Source: an uncultured Candidatus Micrarchaeota archaeon
GTDB lineage: Archaea > Micrarchaeota > Micrarchaeia > Anstonellales > Bilamarchaeaceae
NCBI GenBank assembly: GCA_963714085.1
Contig: OY970229.1
Coordinates: 1 to 64,000 of the forward strand
Length of the DNA: 64,000 nucleotides
Direction of reading: 5' to 3'
The notes beneath the pieces are model-generated. The model saw only the letters and a program-made list of their open reading frames with translations, made no database searches and had not been told where the DNA came from. Positions 57,468-64,000 of this stretch are shown piece after piece (the first letter of the stretch is position 1; the number at the start of each line of letters is the position of its first letter). The translations under genes and the position numbers were made by a program.

Positions 57468-58204
57468 GATGGCGCTTCATACCCTATGCTGAGAACGACG
57501 CCTTCATGAACATGGCCATAAACGAATCCGTCAGCGCGCGCGTCGCTTCAGGCCAGAGCCCGCCGACCATACGATTCTACGGCTGGAAGCCGCGCGCGAT
57601 ATCCATAGGTTATTTCCAGTCCCTCGAACGCGAGGTGGATCTTGAGAATTGCAAGGCGGCTGGTGTGGACATCGTCCGGCGCAGGACCGGGGGCGGCGCG
57701 GTGTTCCACGACAACGAGGTGACTTACAGCATAATCGCCAAGGAAGAACTGTTTCCCAAGGACATAATCGCGTCCTACCGCGAGATTTGCGGCTATCTGA
57801 TAGACGCGCTCGGTTTCCTGGGCATGGACGCGGAGTTCAAGCCCATAAACGACATCCTGGTGAAAGGGAAGAAGATATCAGGCAACGCGCAGACCCGGCG
57901 CGCAGGGGTTCTTCTCCAGCACGGAACGCTTCTTTATGAGGTGGACGTGGACAGGATGTTCTCGCTGCTCAAGGTTTCTGATGAGAAGATAAAGGACAAA
58001 ATGATCGCCAGCGCAAAGGAGCGCGTGACTTCGGTCCGTCAGCAGGCGAACGTGGACATGGAAGACGTCCTGGCAGCGCTGGAAAAGGGATTCACCCAGG
58101 GAAGGGAGTACGATGCGGGCGAGCTTAGCGAGGAGGAGCTCGCGGACGCGCGCGGGCTGGTGGAATCGAGATATAAAAAACAGGAATGGAACGGGATGAG
58201 ATAG
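57464..58204 (+). CDS. lplA: Lipoate-protein ligase catalytic subunit
   Basis: Motifs NMAINE, ISIGYFQ, VRRRTGGGAVFHD, NDI...GKKISGNAQ and LQHGTLL. Confidence 0.93.
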   Translation: MRWRFIPYAENDAFMNMAINESVSARVASGQSPPTIRFYGWKPRAISIGYFQSLEREVDLENCKAAGVDIVRRRTGGGAVFHDNEVTYSIIAKEELFPKDIIASYREICGYLIDALGFLGMDAEFKPINDILVKGKKISGNAQTRRAGVLLQHGTLLYEVDVDRMFSLLKVSDEKIKDKMIASAKERVTSVRQQANVDMEDVLAALEKGFTQGREYDAGELSEEELADARGLVESRYKKQEWNGMR

Positions 58205-58217
58205 GCGCCCAAGCGGC

Positions 58218-60125
58218 TCATCCAGAAGCGCTCTTGAGCGGCAGCCGGTCGTAAACTTCACGCTTTATCGCCGCCACCTTTAAAGTGTGCATGGCGTCGA
58301 GATAGACAAACCGCCAGTCTCTAATATCCTTGAAGTTGTCCCGGGCAACAACGCCAAACCAAGGAGTTGTATCCCCCGAATCGAAGCGTTCTCGTTCCGG
58401 CGTTTCAAAAGGATAGATGTGATCGGGATCGACAACAAGCCTCTTTTTTTCGATTTTGAAATGAGGATGGTTGACCGCAAGCGTGATTTTCTGACCCACA
58501 TATCGGTCCGGAACAGTGAACATGATCTCTTCACAGAAGATCATCCTTGGCAGTCCCTGGTCTCCTCCCCCGCCTATTCCAACCGTGCCTGTTCTTGCAG
58601 GGTAAAATCCTCTATCCTTGATTCTATCAAGAAACGTCCGATAAACCTCATCCGGGATTATCACGTAGCCTCTTTTCTCTGCAACCGTTAAAGTGTAAGA
58701 AAAGGTGCTTTCGCATGGACGCGCGTCTTCACTCAACCATTCAACGTCCTTCAGATCAAGCTTCGACCAGTCGGCTTCCGGCGCTTTGACGGATTGGATA
58801 AGGCCTGGCTCATTTTGGACTGCGGGAAGCCCGCGCCTCTTGTCTGCCAGCTCGGCTTCGAGTTGCTTGAGGGATTTTTTATGCTTGTTGATGGATCTTT
58901 TATGCTTGTCGTATGCTATTGCATTTGCCATGAATAAGGAAACCGGTATGGACCCTAGTGTGACTAAGAAGACACACGCTACCTCCTCAAAACGCAAAAA
59001 TTCCTTATACGCCATACCGCCAACAGTTAATGACGTGATGAAAGTAGCGAAGCTTCCAATGGCGCTGTAAAGCTTCGAGCTTCTCAGTTTGCCGAGTCTG
59101 GATTCGATATCACTGATTTCAAGTCCAATCGCCCTGTCCCTTAAAACTTCGAGTTCATCGGTTTCAGCAGTCTCGGTTGAACCTAGATTCGCTCTGATTG
59201 CGCTTCCAAGTCTGGCGATGTCAGGGTCTTGAGTTCCAACTTCCGTAATCGCCTGGGTTCCGCTTCCGGGCAGCGCGGCCTTCATCTCCGCGGCGCTCTG
59301 GAAGCGCTCATCAGGAACGTAGGCCAATGCCTTTTCAAGGAATCTCCTGTCCGCTGCGGACAGGCCCTCGGGCAGCTTGACTTTGAAACTGCCCATGTCG
59401 CATAGGTCGAATGCGGTTTTGCCGGTCTTTAGCTGAAGGTAGATCGCAGCGATAGAGAACAGGTCTGAACGGGCATCTCCTCTCCCGCCCATCGCCACTT
59501 CTGGAGCGGTGGAGTCGAAATTGTTTATGGCGCAGAATGTCGTGCCTGTGCTCTTGTCCGAGACCGAGAAGCCGAAATCAAAGGGCTTTATGCGCCCGTC
59601 TTTGCAGAGCATCACGTTCGCAGGTCTTATGTCGCGGTGGATGACCGGCGGATTGAGCTTATGGAGGGGCGCGACCACGTCGAGGAGCCGGGTAGTCAAC
59701 TTCACGCAGTCGTATTCCAGGCGTTTCCCCCCGTCTATGGCCTCCTGGAGCGTTTGGCCTTCGAGCAATTCCATGATTATGAAGAATTTGCCGTTGGCCT
59801 CATCCGAATGATGGCCCAGGCATTTCACGACATCGAGGCCCTCTATGTGGTTTATCGATTGCAATAATTCAGCTTCCCTCGTGGCAAGTTCGAAAATCTT
59901 GCGGTCCTTCAACTGTCTGAAATCAAGCTCTTTTATCCCTACGTCGCGGTTTCCCCTGGTATCCCTGGCCTGGTAAAAGGTGCAATTGGTCATTCTTTTT
60001 TCTGTAACTATTTCGTATTGGCTGGAACCCAGGGTGAGGATTCGCCTGACTGGCAGGATGTCAGCCTGCGCTCTCGGGCTGCTGCCTTGAGCTACGGCTG
60101 ACGTCAGCTGTTTGGGTTCACTCAT
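58218..60125 (-). CDS. Hanks-type Ser/Thr protein kinase with two TM helices, a coiled coil and a C-terminal domain
   Basis: Motifs GIKEL, REAELL, MELLEG, HRDIRPANV, DFG, APE and SDLFS; two hydrophobic segments follow the kinase domain. Start is 60125 or 60137. Confidence 0.85.
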   Translation of the reverse strand: MSEPKQLTSAVAQGSSPRAQADILPVRRILTLGSSQYEIVTEKRMTNCTFYQARDTRGNRDVGIKELDFRQLKDRKIFELATREAELLQSINHIEGLDVVKCLGHHSDEANGKFFIIMELLEGQTLQEAIDGGKRLEYDCVKLTTRLLDVVAPLHKLNPPVIHRDIRPANVMLCKDGRIKPFDFGFSVSDKSTGTTFCAINNFDSTAPEVAMGGRGDARSDLFSIAAIYLQLKTGKTAFDLCDMGSFKVKLPEGLSAADRRFLEKALAYVPDERFQSAAEMKAALPGSGTQAITEVGTQDPDIARLGSAIRANLGSTETAETDELEVLRDRAIGLEISDIESRLGKLRSSKLYSAIGSFATFITSLTVGGMAYKEFLRFEEVACVFLVTLGSIPVSLFMANAIAYDKHKRSINKHKKSLKQLEAELADKRRGLPAVQNEPGLIQSVKAPEADWSKLDLKDVEWLSEDARPCESTFSYTLTVAEKRGYVIIPDEVYRTFLDRIKDRGFYPARTGTVGIGGGGDQGLPRMIFCEEIMFTVPDRYVGQKITLAVNHPHFKIEKKRLVVDPDHIYPFETPERERFDSGDTTPWFGVVARDNFKDIRDWRFVYLDAMHTLKVAAIKREVYDRLPLKSASG

Positions 60126-60190
60126 GTTATTATACATGATTAATAGTGCTTATAAACCGAACGATTCCCGGGATTAAGCGGCTTGACTCC

Positions 60191-60649
60191 CTATGCATTA
60201 CGCTTTCCGCTCCTGGCCAAGGACGTATTCAGGGCCACGGCTGCGCGGATAAGGGCTTTGAGGGCCTTCTCGTCGATCCTGTCGCCTTCGTGGAAGTCTA
60301 TGGCGCGCCTCACCCTGCCCTCGAGGCTGGAATTGAAGAGGCCCGATGGGTCGTCCAACGAGGCGCCCTTGGGGAATGTCATCTTCACGGCGTTCTTGTA
60401 AGCCTCTCCGGTGCAGATCAACCCGTCGTGGGACCACACGGGTATGTCCCACTTCCACTCCTCCACTACTCCGGGGTCGGCTTCCTTGATCAGGGCGCGG
60501 AGGCGGGAAAGCGTCTCTCCGCGCCATCCACCCAGCTCCCGGATCCTCGCGTCTATCAGCCTGGATGCGGATTCCTGGGGACCGCCCTTTTTCATCGCTT
60601 CGCCGGCTTCGGTCGTTCTTCCCCTTTGAGTCTGCCTTGTTCCGGACAT
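60191..60649 (-). CDS. DUF1801 (YdhG-like) protein
   Basis: Motifs LIDARI.ELGGWRGETL, EEWKW..PVWSHDG.ICTGE.YK and DPSGLFNSSLEG..RRAID. The true start may be further downstream. Confidence 0.88.
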   Translation of the reverse strand: MSGTRQTQRGRTTEAGEAMKKGGPQESASRLIDARIRELGGWRGETLSRLRALIKEADPGVVEEWKWDIPVWSHDGLICTGEAYKNAVKMTFPKGASLDDPSGLFNSSLEGRVRRAIDFHEGDRIDEKALKALIRAAVALNTSLARSGKRNA

Positions 60650-60692
60650 AGTATCATCAATATAACCGTCTTGTCATATATAAAAAAGAGCC

Positions 60693-61061
60693 TCAGGGAT
60701 AGACCTTTTCATCCTCTTTTCTCCAGGCCGGGTCGACTATGCACAGCGCGACGATGTCCTCAGTTTTGGACAGGTTCTCTATCCATTGGACCGAATTCGG
60801 AGGGATATACACCGTATCGTTCGGGCCTACCTCCATCGTCTCGTCATCTATATGCATGATTCCTTTGCCGGAGAGTACGTAGTAGATTTCGCTGTTTTTC
60901 AATGAATGCTTGGCGCTTTTGTGCTTCGGCAGCACCTTGAACCAGGCCAAAGAATACCGGAGCTTCAAATCCTCCTTGTCCGGATGCAGTATCTCCCTCA
61001 GGATTACCTTGTCACCTGAGATGAATTCAGCGCATTCAGAGAGGCTCTTCTTGTGTTTCAT
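60693..61061 (-). CDS. Cupin domain protein
   Basis: LREILHP, HSLKNSEIYYVLSGKG.M.ID and VYIPPN..Q.IEN; ATGA overlap with the bcp stop. Confidence 0.88.
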   Translation of the reverse strand: MKHKKSLSECAEFISGDKVILREILHPDKEDLKLRYSLAWFKVLPKHKSAKHSLKNSEIYYVLSGKGIMHIDDETMEVGPNDTVYIPPNSVQWIENLSKTEDIVALCIVDPAWRKEDEKVYP

Positions 61062-61531
61062 TTCATCGGCCTTCCCTTCAGGTCTTCCAATACCCCGTAT
61101 GCATGCCCTATCGGGTTCACGTTGCGCCAGATCTTCGCTATCTTCCCCTTCGGGTCGACCAGGAACGTGGTCCTCTGGGTCCCTTCGAACGACTTGCCCA
61201 GGAACTTCAGCATGCCCCAGACGCCATAGAGCTTGTTCACCGATGTGTCGTGGTCGGACAGCAGGGTTATCGCCAGTTTCCTGTGCGCGACGAACTTTGC
61301 ATGCGACTCGCAAGTGTCCTTGCTTATGCCCAGGATCATGGCGCCAGCCTTGCCGAAATCAGGCGCGAGCTTGGTGAAGTCCAGGGCCTCTATCGTGCAC
61401 CCGGTGGTCTCGTCCTGCGGATAGAAATAGACCACGACCCATCTGCCGAGGAAGTCGTGCAGAGAAATTTTCTTTTCGTATGCATCCAGAAGGCTGAAAT
61501 CCGGCGCAGTATCGCCCTCTTTCAATTCCAT
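61058..61531 (-). CDS. bcp: Peroxiredoxin, BCP/PrxQ type
   Basis: Motifs GDTAPDFSL, YFYPQDETTGCTIEA (PxxxTxxC), GISKD and RTTFLVDPKG. Confidence 0.93.
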   Translation of the reverse strand: MELKEGDTAPDFSLLDAYEKKISLHDFLGRWVVVYFYPQDETTGCTIEALDFTKLAPDFGKAGAMILGISKDTCESHAKFVAHRKLAITLLSDHDTSVNKLYGVWGMLKFLGKSFEGTQRTTFLVDPKGKIAKIWRNVNPIGHAYGVLEDLKGRPMK

Positions 61532-61570
61532 GCCACCACCCCAACCAAAAAAGAGAATTAAAATAAAGAA

Positions 61571-63973
61571 TCAATCGTCCTCGAGCCGTACGCCCGCGGA
61601 GTCGCTCTTGACCGCCTCGCCGAGCTTGGAGAGCCTTTCAAGGATTATCTTCTGCTCCGCGCTCGCGACTATGCGCCTGGTCCGCACGACCGCGTCCGGG
61701 TTCACGGACATGGAGGTCGTGCCGAATTCGACGAGCTTCTCCGCGAACTCAGGATAGACCGAAGGCGCCTGGCCGCAGAGCGAGGTCGTCACCCCGTACC
61801 TCTTGCAGGTCGTTATCACCTGCTTCAGCGCGCGGAGCACGGCCTCGTTCCTTTCGTCGAATCCTTTGGCCATCGTGGCGTTGTCGCGGTCGATCCCCAG
61901 TATGAGCTGGGTCAGATCGTTCGTGCCTATGGAGATGCCGTCTATGCCCTCCTCGCAGAACTGGTCGATGAGGAACACGGTGCTCGGCACCTCGACCATT
62001 ATCCAGAGCTTGAAGTCCCTCGTACGATAAATGCCCACTTCGTGCAGGTACTGCTTTATCGCGCGCAGCTCGCCTATCCTCCGGACGAACGGTATCATGA
62101 GCCAGAGGTTCGGCAGGTGGTACTCCTCGCGCACCTTCTTTATGGCCTTGAGCTCCATCTTGAAGACCGCAGGGTCGGTTATATACCTGGCAGCGCCCCT
62201 CCAGCCCATCATGGGGTTCTCCTCGTGCGGCTCGTACTTGTCGCCGCCGGGCAGGTTCCTGTACTCGTTGGTCTTGAAATCCGTTGCGCGGTACACGACC
62301 GGCCTGGGATAGAACGCGGCAGCGAACCTGCGCATGTCCTCTGCGAGCTTGTCGATGTATTCGTTCTCCTTCCCTTCTTCCAGCATCTTCTTCGGGTGAG
62401 CGCCGATGTCAGCGACCATGAACTCCGCGCGCAATAATCCGACACCGTCGCAGGGCAGCTGCGCCACCTTCTCGGCCAGGTCCACGTTCGCCAGGTTCAC
62501 ATATATCTTCGTGCCTGTGACCGGGACGGATTCCGCCGCAGCCGCCCCCTGGGCCGCGCCTTTCTCGGATTCCGTCGGCGGAGTCGCCATGCTGATTATG
62601 CCGGCGTACACGATGCCCCTGGTCCCGTCCACGGACACCTCCATGCCCTCCTTGAGCACGGTGGTCGCGTTGCCGGTCCCCACTATGCACGGGACTCCAA
62701 GCTCGCGCGAGACTATCGCAGCGTGAGATGTCATGCCGCCGGTATCGGTGATGATGGCCGCCGCCTTCTTCATGGCTGGGACGAAATCAGGGCTGGTCAT
62801 CTCCGTGACCAGTATGTCCCCGCGCTCCATCCTCTTTATGTCAGCTGCGTCCTTGATTATCTTCACCTTGCCGACTCCGACGCCCGGCGACGAGCCGAGC
62901 CCCTTCACGATTATCGTTGCCTTGGATACGTCATTAGCCATGCTAGCACCCCCTTTCTTCTCTTCCTTCGCAGCCGGCCTCGCCGCGCCCTCTGGAGTCA
63001 CGATCGTGTTCTTCTCCTTGAGCGTGGTTATCGGCCTGGACTGCACTATGTAGAGGTTGTCCTTGTCCACCGCGTACTCCAGGTCCTGCGGGAACCCGTA
63101 GTGCTGCTCTATCTTCGCCGCGATCTTGGCGAGGTCGATTATCTCGTTGTCGCTGAGCTTCTGCCTCTGCTGCATCTCGTCCTTTATCTGGACGCGCTCG
63201 TTCTTCTCCTTGAGCTTTATGAGCATCCACGTCTGCTTGGATATCTTCTTGTCCACTATCTCCATGCGCTGCTTGTCTATGCGGTAGGTGTCCGGGGTTA
63301 TCTGACCGGAGACGACCGTCTCTCCGAGCCCGAATCCCGCCTCTATGGAGATGAGGTTCGGGTCCTGGTAGAGGGGATCAACGGTGAATATCACTCCGGC
63401 CTTCTCGGACTGGACCATCATCTGGACCACTGCCGCGAGCCCGACCTTCATGTGGTCGAAGTTGTTCTGCACCCTGTAGTAGATCGCGCGCGCCTCGAAA
63501 AGCGACGCCCAGCACTCCTTGACCATCCTCACGACGTTCTCCGGCCCCTTCACGTTGAGATAGGTGGACTGCTGGCCCGCGAACGACGCGGTCGGCAAAT
63601 CCTCGGCTGTCGCGCTCGAGCGGACCGCGACGTAGACCTCGCGCCCCGCGCGCTCGTTGAGCTTCTTGTAGTTGCGTATGATGTCGGCCTCTATGTCCTG
63701 GGGGACCTTGCCGTCGGTTATCAGCTTCTTTATCTTCACCGACGCCTCGTCGAGCTTGTCGTTGTCGTTCACGTCAAGCGCGTTGAGGATGGCGGTCATT
63801 GGCGCGACGAGGTTGTTCGCAGCCAGGTGCTTGAAATACGAGCCGGACGTCACCACGAAACCAGGAGGGATCGGAAACCCGGACTGCGACATCTCGCCCA
63901 AATTCGCGCCCTTCCCGCCAGCTTCTGCGAGATTCCCCTTGTTCAGCTCCTCGAACCACATGACGTTCTTCAT
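61571..63973 (-). CDS. ppsA: Phosphoenolpyruvate synthase (pyruvate, water dikinase)
   Basis: Motifs GGKGANLGE, VAVRSSATAEDLP.ASFAGQQ, GGMTSHAAIVSRELG (phospho-His), GVGLLRAEF, EENPMMGWRG and SIGTNDLTQL. Confidence 0.97.
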   Translation of the reverse strand: MKNVMWFEELNKGNLAEAGGKGANLGEMSQSGFPIPPGFVVTSGSYFKHLAANNLVAPMTAILNALDVNDNDKLDEASVKIKKLITDGKVPQDIEADIIRNYKKLNERAGREVYVAVRSSATAEDLPTASFAGQQSTYLNVKGPENVVRMVKECWASLFEARAIYYRVQNNFDHMKVGLAAVVQMMVQSEKAGVIFTVDPLYQDPNLISIEAGFGLGETVVSGQITPDTYRIDKQRMEIVDKKISKQTWMLIKLKEKNERVQIKDEMQQRQKLSDNEIIDLAKIAAKIEQHYGFPQDLEYAVDKDNLYIVQSRPITTLKEKNTIVTPEGAARPAAKEEKKGGASMANDVSKATIIVKGLGSSPGVGVGKVKIIKDAADIKRMERGDILVTEMTSPDFVPAMKKAAAIITDTGGMTSHAAIVSRELGVPCIVGTGNATTVLKEGMEVSVDGTRGIVYAGIISMATPPTESEKGAAQGAAAAESVPVTGTKIYVNLANVDLAEKVAQLPCDGVGLLRAEFMVADIGAHPKKMLEEGKENEYIDKLAEDMRRFAAAFYPRPVVYRATDFKTNEYRNLPGGDKYEPHEENPMMGWRGAARYITDPAVFKMELKAIKKVREEYHLPNLWLMIPFVRRIGELRAIKQYLHEVGIYRTRDFKLWIMVEVPSTVFLIDQFCEEGIDGISIGTNDLTQLILGIDRDNATMAKGFDERNEAVLRALKQVITTCKRYGVTTSLCGQAPSVYPEFAEKLVEFGTTSMSVNPDAVVRTRRIVASAEQKIILERLSKLGEAVKSDSAGVRLEDD

Positions 63974-64000
63974 GATGATACACCCGCCACTGGAGAAATT

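Noticed and set aside
61062..61313. Long N-terminal extension of the cupin ORF
   Set aside because: It overlaps bcp; the ATGA coupling at 61058-61061 marks the likely start.

Overview
This window looks archaeal and most resembles a DPANN genome, probably Micrarchaeota (inference). The evidence is TATA-like boxes about 20-40 nt upstream of many start codons, GGTG-type ribosome-binding sites, a Dpo4/Dbh-type Y polymerase, a split LplB/LplA lipoate ligase, archaemetzincin-like genes and very sequon-rich surface proteins. About 60% of the window encodes three huge extracellular proteins built from a shared module kit. The first is a 5'-truncated giant protein of more than 8,050 aa (1..24177) with 282-bp Ig-like tandem repeats, 19 DUF11-like repeats, a poly-Gly linker and a C-terminal membrane anchor. 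The other two are tandem paralogous secreted papain-family (C1A) proteases (39103..47251 and 47332..54111) with DUF333, Ig-like, beta-helix, DUF2341 and LamG-like parts. One is broken by a single extra base, and the two share a nearly identical 3' block. The rest is an accessory and stress region and a housekeeping block. The accessory region holds dinB, two Zn-ribbon genes, a methyltransferase, an AT-rich HEPN-like gene, an RHH/RelE-like toxin-antitoxin pair, PfpI, VOC, SDR, an active plus dead archaemetzincin pair, SdpI, rubrerythrin, MsrA and a beta-CASP nuclease. The housekeeping block holds a bacterial-type metK, a VWA protein, lplB/lplA, an atypical membrane kinase, DUF1801, a cupin, bcp and ppsA. 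I found no rRNA, tRNA, CRISPR array, transposase, integrase or reverse transcriptase. All family calls come from motif recognition by eye, not from database searches.
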